DNA of 64,000 nucleotides from a virus. Of this stretch, positions 10,291-18,483 are shown piece by piece. The stretch lies in the IMG/VR virus record IMGVR_UViG_3300039065_000016; one strand, given 5' to 3'. Every line of letters starts with the position of its first letter. The first letter of the stretch is position 1. Under the pieces are notes generated by a model. It did not search any database, was not told the DNA's origin, and was given only the letters and a program-made list of their open reading frames with translations. The position numbers were made by a program, and so were the translations under genes.

Positions 10291-11805
10291 TTAGATCATT
10301 ACATCCGATCCTTCGACGAAGCGGATTGCGTCGCCCTTCGAATAGATCAGGGTGTAGTTGGCCTTCCACTCGGTCAAGCCGGTGTTGCTGTTGGTATAGC
10401 TGGAGAAGGTGATGTTGATCCAATAACCCAAGGTTTGGACTTGACGCCAGGCGCGACGATCACCGGTGATTTGGGTGATGTACTGCTGTTGGACGGCGCT
10501 GATGTCCTTGCCATAGGTGAAAGTGCCGTTGGAAGTCGCCTTGTCCAGAACCGGCTGGAGGACGGCCAGAGTCATCGCTTCGCCGACCATGCTGGCCGGA
10601 ACGGCGTTCACGTTCAAGAACAGATCCAGAAGGGCCTGGGCGATGGCGGACTTCAGCCAGATTTCGTTGGCGTAGACGTTCATGTCCACCGCATCGGTCG
10701 GACCGCCGCACAGAATGCCGCGCTGGTAGAACGCGAGCTGTTGGCCGTTGGCCTGGGTGACGCCGATGTAGTTGCCCCGGCTCTTGTCGACGGTGTTCGC
10801 AACGGTATCGTCGGACACGGTGATGTTGCGGCCAGGGAACTGATAGTACATGTAGTTCTGCGAAGCGCCCGGCTCGTCATAGTTGGTGGCGGCCAGGATT
10901 TCGCTGGGACACTGCTCAACGAAGTCGTTGGAGGCAGTCGCAGACAGAACGTTCAGCGCGGTTCCGGAGTTGCCCTTCACCAAGTCGAAAAGAGCGCCGA
11001 GATTCGCCAGAGAGGTCGCAACCGTATAGATGAACTGGTTGTTCTGAGCCGCGTTCCAGGCCGACACGGCCTTGATCTGATCGTTGTCGAGGGTCGCCCC
11101 GGCGAACAGGAACGAGCCGAAGTTGTTGCTGACATTGGTGCTCTTGGCCACGGCCGCGTCTGGGAGGTCGGCAGCCTGACCGGCGACGTTCACGACGTTG
11201 GAGGTGGACCAGCCGAGGGCGGTGGACATGTCCTGCGGATCGGCCGATTTCGCCACGGCCAGAACGCCGGTGCCGATGGTAGCGCCGACCAAGGTGAACT
11301 GGTTGGTATTCGGATTCCAGGTGACGGTGGCTTGGGCCAACTGCGGATCGGTATTCTTGCGGATTTCGGTCTGAATGATCGACGCCACGTTGTCCATGGA
11401 GGTCGCGGCGGACGTATCGATGGCCGTGATGTTCTGCTCAGACGCGCCGACCATGATGGTCAGAACGCCTGCGGAAAAGCCGGCGAAATCGGCGATGGTC
11501 TTCGGCAGGTTGTCGCCAACTACCATCGGCGCGATGGCGGTGTTGACCCAGCGAGCGAAGCTGATGCTGGACGGGGAATTGACGCTCTTGCTGATGAACT
11601 TGAAGTAGGCCGCAGCGCGCTGATATTCTTCAGACTGGGCGCCGAAGTAAGACATCACCGCGTTGGCATTGTCGAACTCGATGACGATTCCAGGCGGAAT
11701 GACGTTGTTGGTGGTCATGACGCGCAGAATCAGCTTTCGGCCTGCGACCGGAGCGCCTGCGCCTACGCCGGAAATGATCCGGATATAACGGCTCTGACTG
11801 ATCAC
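10291..11805 (-). CDS. contractile tail sheath protein
   Basis: 504-aa ORF immediately upstream of the tube gene. Size and position are typical. No motif-level proof. Confidence 0.6.
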   Translation of the reverse strand: MISQSRYIRIISGVGAGAPVAGRKLILRVMTTNNVIPPGIVIEFDNANAVMSYFGAQSEEYQRAAAYFKFISKSVNSPSSISFARWVNTAIAPMVVGDNLPKTIADFAGFSAGVLTIMVGASEQNITAIDTSAATSMDNVASIIQTEIRKNTDPQLAQATVTWNPNTNQFTLVGATIGTGVLAVAKSADPQDMSTALGWSTSNVVNVAGQAADLPDAAVAKSTNVSNNFGSFLFAGATLDNDQIKAVSAWNAAQNNQFIYTVATSLANLGALFDLVKGNSGTALNVLSATASNDFVEQCPSEILAATNYDEPGASQNYMYYQFPGRNITVSDDTVANTVDKSRGNYIGVTQANGQQLAFYQRGILCGGPTDAVDMNVYANEIWLKSAIAQALLDLFLNVNAVPASMVGEAMTLAVLQPVLDKATSNGTFTYGKDISAVQQQYITQITGDRRAWRQVQTLGYWINITFSSYTNSNTGLTEWKANYTLIYSKGDAIRFVEGSDVMI

Positions 11806-11821
11806 TGGATGATCTCCTGGT

Positions 11822-12403
11822 TTATGTTACTCTGCTGCTAATCGACTGGAGCATGTGAGCCGTATCGACCAGCGGTCTGTTGAAACCCTTTCTCCTGACC
11901 GTAGATGCTGAGTTAGCCACCCATGGCCCGGTCCTTATGCTTCTGGCTATGTATCCTTCCAACGCCAGGCCGATCTGGGCAAGCGCTTGATCCGGCGTGA
12001 TTTGTCCTCTGGCCAGCCTCATGGCTATTCGATTCTGGATTGCGGCGCGATCTGCGGAAAATAAGTTCCAAGCATATCGCATAAACGGTCGAGCCGGGAT
12101 TGTAATCCTGTGAGGTTTTGTTACCTCGGTTTCTCCCGGAAAATCGTTTCTGACGAACCGAACGCCAACAAACCGACCCCGAACAATGGCGTCCCTAATA
12201 TACCTGGTCCCGCCCGGATGGTCGATAGTTCCGCCGTACTCATTGAGGCGCGCGATTCTCGCGACTTGTATTCCGACCGATCCGCCCGCCTTATCAGGAT
12301 ATCGAGCGGTGGAATACCATCCGGCCGAAACGGACCTGCCGCGCATGGCTCTTAACATCTGCAGGTGCGCGGCGATCAGTTCTGAATCGCGTCTCAGGAT
12401 CAT
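11822..12403 (-). CDS. HK97 gp10-like head-tail connector / tail completion protein
   Basis: ARIARLNEYGGTIDHPGG ... ITIPARPFMRYAW resembles the conserved E-[FY]-G and IPARPF blocks of the HK97 gp10 family. Lies between the connector genes and the sheath. Confidence 0.5.
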   Translation of the reverse strand: MILRRDSELIAAHLQMLRAMRGRSVSAGWYSTARYPDKAGGSVGIQVARIARLNEYGGTIDHPGGTRYIRDAIVRGRFVGVRFVRNDFPGETEVTKPHRITIPARPFMRYAWNLFSADRAAIQNRIAMRLARGQITPDQALAQIGLALEGYIARSIRTGPWVANSASTVRRKGFNRPLVDTAHMLQSISSRVT

Positions 12404-12951
12404 ATGCCTATCAGCGCCCCATCGGCTGAATATGCTGCGTTTTCGTGCAGACGAATATACTGATTGTAAGTTACAACCATGTCAAAACTTGGGTGGAATT
12501 CGAACTGATGATTGTCATTTTCGAATGCCTCGTTGGATATATGAGACACGCGAAGGATAAGGAAGTCCAGTTCCTTGACTCGCTGAATGGTGGACCGAGC
12601 CTGGAAATAAGCTCTCACGTAATTGGCGATATCGGCTGCCGTGACTACGTGATCCATCTCAGGATTCTGCCAATGAAGGGAACTTATCTGAAAAGTCGTC
12701 TCGACATGCTGTCGAGTAATTTCTACATATTTTCTGGCGACGTTGTCCAGATACCAATCGGTTGCCGGCCAGCCGCGAGGGATGTCAAATAGCTTCTGGA
12801 AGAAGATGGTAGGCTTGGTTGACGTGCCCTGTTGGGTCGGCTGGGCTTTCTGCACAACCTCAAAATCAGGAAACTGCAAAGTTTCTTTGGCTGACGTCAT
12901 GGCGGAAGTAAGCTCGACCACCAATTTTTCTATCAGTTCGCCGTCGAACAT
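12400..12951 (-). CDS. neck/connector-block hypothetical protein (183 aa)
   Basis: Track ORF with a 4-nt overlap to the downstream gene. Confidence 0.65.
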   Translation of the reverse strand: MFDGELIEKLVVELTSAMTSAKETLQFPDFEVVQKAQPTQQGTSTKPTIFFQKLFDIPRGWPATDWYLDNVARKYVEITRQHVETTFQISSLHWQNPEMDHVVTAADIANYVRAYFQARSTIQRVKELDFLILRVSHISNEAFENDNHQFEFHPSFDMVVTYNQYIRLHENAAYSADGALIGI

Positions 12952-12958
12952 AAGCCAC

Positions 12959-13357
12959 CTAGAAAGTCAGGGTTCCGTCTTCAGCTAGTTTGGCTGTACC
13001 GATATCCACGGCTAAGCAGACTCCCCAGCCGTCCTGATAAAACCAAGAGCCTTGAGACTCTAGTTGAAAAACTCTTCCGGTCCAGATGAACTGGTCGCCG
13101 GCCAAATCTCGATCCAAGTCAACCATCTCAAAGTTGGCAAAGATCATGACGTAATTTCGTTGAAACTCCAGATTGAACTGGACATACTGATCGCGACGAA
13201 CCCTTTGGATGGAAGCGGCCAATTGGAATGGCTCGCCAAACACAGAAACGTACTGCGCCTGGCTATTCTTCGTCCTCTGCTCGAATTTGCGATACTGAAC
13301 GAACTGCGTTCCTATGACGCTAAATGCCATACGCAGCAGATTCGCTCCAGGGATCAC
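12959..13357 (-). CDS. neck/connector-block hypothetical protein (132 aa)
   Basis: Track ORF with a 4-nt overlap to the upstream gene. Confidence 0.65.
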   Translation of the reverse strand: MIPGANLLRMAFSVIGTQFVQYRKFEQRTKNSQAQYVSVFGEPFQLAASIQRVRRDQYVQFNLEFQRNYVMIFANFEMVDLDRDLAGDQFIWTGRVFQLESQGSWFYQDGWGVCLAVDIGTAKLAEDGTLTF

Positions 13358-13821
13358 CAGAACGTCCCTCCAACCTTACGGAATCCTCGACGTTCTGGAA
13401 GGCCGCCGATGTAGAATCCGCCAACTGCCTTGACACTCAGGAGCGCCCACAGTTCCTGACCGTAAGGCGTCCCGGAAAGCCACCACTGCCAACCGTTCTT
13501 GGCAGGGGGCGCGAGCTTGGCAACGCTGACCTCGCCGACCGTAGCGCTAGTGATGAAACCGCCTTGAGTCCCGCCTGCTGTGACCCCGCCACCGGCCGCG
13601 CCCTGAACTTGCATCGTCGACAGCGAAAGGAGGTGGGCCGTCAGCAGATACAGACAGGCCTCCAAGGCTTTGCCATTGAGAATTCGGTATGGAGAATCCC
13701 GATCAGAAATGAATTCGCACGCAATGTCGAAGTACAGCTGCAGGCGCACATCCGGATAGGAAGCCGGATCAGTAAACTCCGGAAACAGCGTTCGAAACTT
13801 TTGCTCGTCGAAAATTACCAT
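13354..13821 (-). CDS. head-tail connector protein (DUF4054-like)
   Basis: N-terminus MVIFDEQKFRTLFPEFTD...LEACLYLLTAHLLSL resembles DUF4054-type connector proteins as I remember them. Position after the capsid genes fits. Confidence 0.5.
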   Translation of the reverse strand: MVIFDEQKFRTLFPEFTDPASYPDVRLQLYFDIACEFISDRDSPYRILNGKALEACLYLLTAHLLSLSTMQVQGAAGGGVTAGGTQGGFITSATVGEVSVAKLAPPAKNGWQWWLSGTPYGQELWALLSVKAVGGFYIGGLPERRGFRKVGGTFW

Positions 13822-13835
13822 ACCGAAACCCTCGG

Positions 13836-14273
13836 TTAAACCCGGAACTCTTGTTCCTGGGAAGCGCTGGCAGTAGTCACTTTGATCTTCTGCTTCAGGC
13901 GAGTAGAATCCAGAGGTTGGAAGCCATCGCGCTCCATGGTGCGAGTCTCTTTCGCAATCCGCTGGTGGTCATTGGTGATGTCGGTTTTCACGACTCGCAG
14001 ATATCCCTTCTCCATGTGTCGCATGAAGATTTTGTTGGACTGAAGCAGTTCGAAATCGGAATCGCTCACCGCCGTGCAATCGCCCTGCGGCGTCCAGATC
14101 GGGCGCCCGGATGCGTCGGAAATCATGTCGCCGAAGCCGGAGGTTTCGGATGCGATACCAGCGCGGCCGCGAATCAGCACCTTTCTCTGGAGGCGAGGAT
14201 TGGACGGATCAGAGGTGTCATACGCATTGTAAGACACGGATTGAGTCATTGCGGAAACGATGTAAACAGTCAT
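13836..14273 (-). CDS. head-associated hypothetical protein (145 aa)
   Basis: Track ORF, first gene after the capsid terminator. Confidence 0.6.
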   Translation of the reverse strand: MTVYIVSAMTQSVSYNAYDTSDPSNPRLQRKVLIRGRAGIASETSGFGDMISDASGRPIWTPQGDCTAVSDSDFELLQSNKIFMRHMEKGYLRVVKTDITNDHQRIAKETRTMERDGFQPLDSTRLKQKIKVTTASASQEQEFRV

Positions 14274-14329
14274 TGGCGTAGTCCTATTAATTATGCCCTA
14301 ACCGGCCCCTACAACCGAGTCAGAGTCAG

Positions 14330-14359
14330 AGTGAACAAAGGCCGGAAGCCCGGCCTTTG
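14330..14359 (-). terminator. hairpin terminator/attenuator after the major capsid gene
   Basis: On the - strand: caaaggccgg-gctt-ccggcctttg followed by ttcactc. A 10-bp stem lying 16 nt after the capsid stop. Confidence 0.55.
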
Positions 14360-14374
14360 GTGAGTCAGCATCGG

Positions 14375-15523
14375 TTAGATGCCGAGGTAGCGCACCACAG
14401 CCCAAGGGCGTTTGCAAAGAGCACCGGCGGTGCCGTTGGAGAAATCCTCCACATACGACTTCGCCCGCTTTTCGACGCCAAGGGTGATGAACTTGCTCTG
14501 AACCAGCTGGCTGAACACGCTGCCGCCATCGGTGCTGCCATCGACGGACGCGTCCACTTCTTCGACGAAGAGGACCAGGGCGTCTTCCGGCGTTTGGCCC
14601 TGCATCTGGACGCCGGACAGCTCCGGAGCCGACACGATCCGCATCTTCGGATAGGTCTGTTCGATCCAGTCAGAAACCGAAATGCCGTAAGGCGTGGTCA
14701 CCGACAGGTAGTCCACTTTGCTGGTGGCCAGGGCCATGGTGATCTTCTCGGCCTTCGGGTCGATCTGGTCTTGGCTCTGGATGCGCAGCTGGCGGACGGC
14801 CTCACGGATATCGCCGATGATGCCTGCCCAGTCGGCAGTGGCCCAGCCCTGGCTCGGCGGAGTCTGGAATGGCGGCAGGTTGGGGTCATTCAGGAAACCA
14901 TAGGTGCGGTTGCCCAGGCCGCTCTGCCAGCCGTAAAAACCGATGGCGTTGCGGAAGATTTCCAGACCGATGGCCGCCTGCTGACGCTTGGCCTCTGCGC
15001 TGTTCAGGCGAATGGCCGAAGCGCGGCCCTCTTCCAGAGTACCCACGAGCAGACCCAGCTCACCACGAACGATGGTGCGGCGCTCGAAGTTGGCGTTCCA
15101 GCTGGTCAGCGGGATGTTGGTGTGGTCACCGTATTCCACCGCAGTGCCGGCCGGCTCAACGATACCCTGAACGATTTCCTGGTCTTCCCAGGAGCCAACG
15201 GTGTCGATGCCGATGATCTCATCGATTTTCCGCGCGGCGGTCATGACCTTCACGAACCCAGGCAACCAGGTCTGAAGGAACTGGATGGGGGTCGGGATGG
15301 ACGGCGTGGTCACCGGGGCGGTGAAGTTGCTGTCCATGGCCGAGCCGGAACGGAATGCGCCGGCCTTCGCCAAGGCCTTGATCTGGTCCTGGACGACGGC
15401 GTGATCGAATACCAGGCCGATGCGACTCAGGGCGGCCACGGCTTCGTGGGTGACGTTCTTCAGGTCGAATGGTTTTGCGTGACGGCCTGCGAGGCGCGAA
15501 TGGGTCTTACTGATATGGCTCAT
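14375..15523 (-). CDS. major capsid protein
   Basis: 382-aa ORF with a strong SD (GGAGG), preceded by scaffold-type genes and followed by a hairpin. Size and position are typical of an HK97-fold capsid protein. Confidence 0.7.
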   Translation of the reverse strand: MSHISKTHSRLAGRHAKPFDLKNVTHEAVAALSRIGLVFDHAVVQDQIKALAKAGAFRSGSAMDSNFTAPVTTPSIPTPIQFLQTWLPGFVKVMTAARKIDEIIGIDTVGSWEDQEIVQGIVEPAGTAVEYGDHTNIPLTSWNANFERRTIVRGELGLLVGTLEEGRASAIRLNSAEAKRQQAAIGLEIFRNAIGFYGWQSGLGNRTYGFLNDPNLPPFQTPPSQGWATADWAGIIGDIREAVRQLRIQSQDQIDPKAEKITMALATSKVDYLSVTTPYGISVSDWIEQTYPKMRIVSAPELSGVQMQGQTPEDALVLFVEEVDASVDGSTDGGSVFSQLVQSKFITLGVEKRAKSYVEDFSNGTAGALCKRPWAVVRYLGI

Positions 15524-15532
15524 GACGCCTCC

Positions 15533-16168
15533 TTACTGCGTGAGCTGGACGATGGTAACGCCAGCTACCAGATTTCCCGCCGACTGGGCAGGCAGGCTGA
15601 TGGCATTGACGATACGCGCGTTGGGGATTTGAACCAGGCCGGTTGGCATGGCGCCGGCCTTGAAACCGACCAGGGCGCCGGCCGGCAGGCCCAGGGCGTT
15701 GTCGGCGGTAGGCAGGTTGTTCGGTACATATGCCACCGGATCGCCGTAGCTCAAATCCAGAGCGGCTTCTGCGCCGTTGAAGATTTCGACGACCAGGCCG
15801 GTGGCCATGTCGAAGAACTCGCCTTCGGAACCGTCGGGCAGGTCATAACTGGGAGCCAGGGAATCGCCGGCCGACCCGTACAGAGCATAATGCTTCGGGT
15901 GACCGAGGATGCCGAAGAAGGTCGCGCCGCCGACCACGACTTCAGAAGCGCGCGCGGCAACGGTCTTCGGCTGGCCTTCACCGAGGGAGCCGACATCACC
16001 TGCGTAACCAAACGCGCGACTGATGCGGTTGGGGCCGGTGGCAGTCGCGGCCGGAGTGACCGATGCCAACGCCATGATCCGACCCGGCCGCGCACGCTTC
16101 GGGCCGTCCTCGATCAGATCACCAGGAAAACCAGGAGTGTACTGGCGATAGACTTGTTTCTGGAACAT
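15533..16168 (-). CDS. capsid decoration/cement or auxiliary scaffold protein candidate (211 aa, Gly/Ala-rich)
   Basis: Track ORF between the scaffold/protease and capsid genes. GGGGGAG SD. Confidence 0.45.
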   Translation of the reverse strand: MFQKQVYRQYTPGFPGDLIEDGPKRARPGRIMALASVTPAATATGPNRISRAFGYAGDVGSLGEGQPKTVAARASEVVVGGATFFGILGHPKHYALYGSAGDSLAPSYDLPDGSEGEFFDMATGLVVEIFNGAEAALDLSYGDPVAYVPNNLPTADNALGLPAGALVGFKAGAMPTGLVQIPNARIVNAISLPAQSAGNLVAGVTIVQLTQ

Positions 16169-16171
16169 GGG

Positions 16172-17608
16172 TTACTCCCCCTTCAGGTAACTGTCCAGCT
16201 CGGCGCACTGCGGAGCAGAACTGGCCGAATCCTGGGCTTTCGATTGACGGCTGGCCGCGCCACGAGCAGCTTCGACGCCTTTCAGGTACATGTCGAGCGC
16301 CAGAACTTCCTGGCCCTTCTCACAGCTGATCGCCAGCTTCTTCACGCCGTAAACAGCGACTTCAGCCGAGTCCATAGCTCGGTGGTCGAACGCACCAACC
16401 ACGGAACTAAGACGCTTGTAGAGGCGATCTTTAGCAGCAATGTCGCGATAGAGACCACGAATTGCAGCATCTTGCGCGTTCTTTTGTGCCATTTCAGGAA
16501 GTTCCTCGCTGTTATCCTTGCCCTCACCACCATCGTCGCTGGCGGTTTGCGCGCCGCAGAGGATGCTCTGTTCTTCCAAGCCCTCGACGACATCTTGACC
16601 TTCGCCATGTTCTTCGTCCGCCTCTTCGGCTACCGTGCCTTCCAGTCGAGCCAGAATGGCCTTGACCTGGGAGATCAGTTCGGCGACTTCGCCTTCACCG
16701 GACATTTCGGATGCGGCACCTTCTTGCTGTTCCGGCTCGACGGCGACCACGGCCGGATCGACAACGGACGGCGCTTCTTCGTGCTCTTCGTCGTCTTCCT
16801 GAGCGCCTTCCAGAGTCGGATGCTCGGTCATGTGCTCGCTGTCGGTCGGTTCGGCCGGAGCGGTTGCGCCTTCCTGATGCTCCGGCTCCTGCGCCTCTTC
16901 GCCCAGGAACTTCTGGACAGATGCAGAGAGCTTCGGCCACAGGGCGCGCAACTCTTCGACCGCCGAATCAGCAGCTTGTCCTGCGCGCTGGACAGGAGTC
17001 TTCTGCTTGGCTTTCTTGAGACCCATTTCATTACCCTCATCGGATGGTCTGAAATCAAAACTGAGATGGTCAAAGCACAGACCATCCAATACTCTGGCCC
17101 CCGGCACACGACCCTCTTTTACCAGGGCGATGTGGTTGCCGCGCATCTTGTCCTGGACGACTTCATAAGGCGTTCCATTCCAGATGCCGGGTTGCTCAGT
17201 GTAGCGGCAACTATAGCCTAGGGACAGATCTTCCTTGCCCCTTTCCAGCTGATTCTGCATGTTGCGGGAATAGATGCGGATATCGCCGCGAGCCCATGGA
17301 GCTTCGTAGTAGGCGTTGGCTGTGATGATGCCTTCCACGCCTTTGTCTTCGGGAGCCACGCCATCGTCATCGCCGTCGAATCCCGACAGCATTTCGTGCT
17401 CGTCGATCAGCGGGAGATTCTTCAGAGATTCGATGTACTCAGGATCGCTAACGGCAGACTCCGGACGATACACGTTGACAATCCGCATCGGATCGCCCGG
17501 AAGACCGAGTTGACCGGCAGAATATTGGAAAATGCCATAAGAGCTGATTGGACAGCCCTCGATGGTCATATATCCATTTTCGTCAATTTTTCTTTTCGAC
17601 TTTGCCAT
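16172..17608 (-). CDS. prohead scaffold / protease-like protein
   Basis: 478 aa. The N-terminal ~200 aa resemble DUF2213-type prohead proteins (from memory). A long E/D/A-rich acidic segment typical of scaffolds follows. Sits upstream of the capsid gene. Confidence 0.55.
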   Translation of the reverse strand: MAKSKRKIDENGYMTIEGCPISSYGIFQYSAGQLGLPGDPMRIVNVYRPESAVSDPEYIESLKNLPLIDEHEMLSGFDGDDDGVAPEDKGVEGIITANAYYEAPWARGDIRIYSRNMQNQLERGKEDLSLGYSCRYTEQPGIWNGTPYEVVQDKMRGNHIALVKEGRVPGARVLDGLCFDHLSFDFRPSDEGNEMGLKKAKQKTPVQRAGQAADSAVEELRALWPKLSASVQKFLGEEAQEPEHQEGATAPAEPTDSEHMTEHPTLEGAQEDDEEHEEAPSVVDPAVVAVEPEQQEGAASEMSGEGEVAELISQVKAILARLEGTVAEEADEEHGEGQDVVEGLEEQSILCGAQTASDDGGEGKDNSEELPEMAQKNAQDAAIRGLYRDIAAKDRLYKRLSSVVGAFDHRAMDSAEVAVYGVKKLAISCEKGQEVLALDMYLKGVEAARGAASRQSKAQDSASSAPQCAELDSYLKGE

Positions 17609-17640
17609 CGTTAATTCGAAGAGTCGTGGACTATGGCTGT

Positions 17641-17669
17641 ATTATATACGCAGGACATCTAAGGGTAAA
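17641..17669 (-). promoter_or_regulatory. sigma70-type promoter for the scaffold-capsid operon
   Basis: - strand TTTACC-17 nt-TATAAT (rc of 17664-17669 and 17641-17646), ~33 nt upstream of ATG 17608. The short leader has no obvious SD. Confidence 0.55.
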
Positions 17670-17896
17670 TAAGCGGAACAATAATTCGATGTAGCCGCGA
17701 CTGTTAATTTACACTAGAATCTGTATTGTGACCTAATTACCGGACTTCCTCAGCCGCGAAAACTGGTAAATTGGTTTCGGAAATTTGACGGGATTTGTCT
17801 AGGCCTACTGCCGCAAGACTTTCAATCTTTAAACTAATCCAAATTACCAATTTACCGATTAAAAATTGAATTTCAATGCGTATAGAGCATATCGAT

Positions 17897-17917
17897 TAAC
17901 GTTATATTATAACGTTA
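17897..17917. repeat. perfect 10-1-10 palindrome TAACGTTATA-t-TATAACGTTA
   Basis: Read directly. A third AACGTTA lies at 17939-17945. Copy B has only a half-site (GGTAACGTCC, 37550-37559). Confidence 0.95.
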
Positions 17918-18038
17918 CTTATAGATGAATTCTATTAGAACGTTATTCCTAATTTCCCATGCTATATACTTTTGCGGCATGCGGCGAAATCGGAAATTAG
18001 GAATTTAGCCTGTTAAAGCCTTGCGGCAGTAGGATTTC

Positions 18039-18072
18039 CAAATTACCGCTATTTCCCAGAAACGGTAATTTG
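18039..18072. repeat. 10-bp perfect inverted repeat CAAATTACCG-N14-CGGTAATTTG
   Basis: Arms at 18039-18048 and 18063-18072. Confidence 0.9.
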
Positions 18073-18099
18073 CGGCTATCCGGACCAGAATTTTTAGTC

Positions 18100-18113
18100 A
18101 GAATCCGGATTCT
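18100..18113. repeat. perfect 14-bp palindrome AGAATCCGGATTCT
   Basis: Read directly. A related AATCAGGATT lies at 18136-18145. Confidence 0.95.
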
Positions 18114-18257
18114 CGCGGCATCATCCGCCGAAAGCAATCAGGATTGAGACGCCGATGATGGCCAGATCAACTGCGGCAAACTTCAGGCTGAAGAATCCGC
18201 CGTTAATATTGGCCTTGATCACATCGGTCGCGAGTCGGCGTATGCATGTCTTTCGGT

Positions 18258-18464
18258 TCATTTCACGAGCCTCGACAGCGAGTCTACCAGGGCGCGAAGA
18301 TCAGCGACGAGTTCATGCGAACAATCTTTCGCCTTCTTCTCTTTCTCGCTGCGCTGGACGGAATAGGCTATGGCGACTGCCTGTTTCGGGTCTTTCCCTG
18401 CTTCAATCTCCCGCTTGATGTTTTCAGAACGGGCTTCATTGGAAGTTCCATGGACTAACGGCAT
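18258..18464 (-). CDS. small conserved-looking hypothetical protein (68 aa)
   Basis: Track ORF. AGGAG SD 7 nt upstream of ATG 18464. Follows the head-morphogenesis gene. Confidence 0.65.
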   Translation of the reverse strand: MPLVHGTSNEARSENIKREIEAGKDPKQAVAIAYSVQRSEKEKKAKDCSHELVADLRALVDSLSRLVK

Positions 18465-18483
18465 ATCGCACTCCTATCGATGA

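Larger units (their letters stand above)
17777..18081. repeat. AT-rich non-coding module, copy A
   Basis: Colinear with 37445-37727 through seven shared blocks (TCGGAAAnTnGACGGG, CCAAATTACCAAnTTACC, TTCTATTAG, GGAAnTTAGGnAAT, GCGGCAGTAGG, AATTTGCGGCTAT). Confidence 0.85.
17609..18257. other. 649-nt gene-free AT-rich island (contains module copy A, palindromes and a late-operon promoter)
   Basis: No credible ORF on either strand. Composition is visibly AT-rich relative to the flanks. Confidence 0.8.

Noticed and set aside
14357-17221. 954-aa ORF on the + strand spanning the capsid, decoration and scaffold genes. Similar long antisense ORFs occur at 9736..11841 (+), 38208..39662 (+), 23670..24647 (-), 43990..45042 (-), 45269..46177 (-), 48321..49433 (-), 55304..56455 (-) and 57133..58386 (-).
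   Set aside because: Each lies exactly antisense to a gene with clear motifs, SDs and operon context. Their products are Arg/Gly/Ala/Val-rich low-complexity strings with no RBS or operon logic. Stop-free antisense frames are an expected by-product of GC-rich third codon positions.
18155-18418. 87-aa + strand ORF at the right edge of the 17.6-18.3 kb island, and the 65-aa - strand ORF 60324..60521 in the ligase-downstream gap.
   Set aside because: Neither has an RBS. The first overlaps a well-supported - strand gene (18258..18464). The second overlaps a + strand terminator (60305-60351) and the rest of the ligase-downstream gap. Both are probably spurious.
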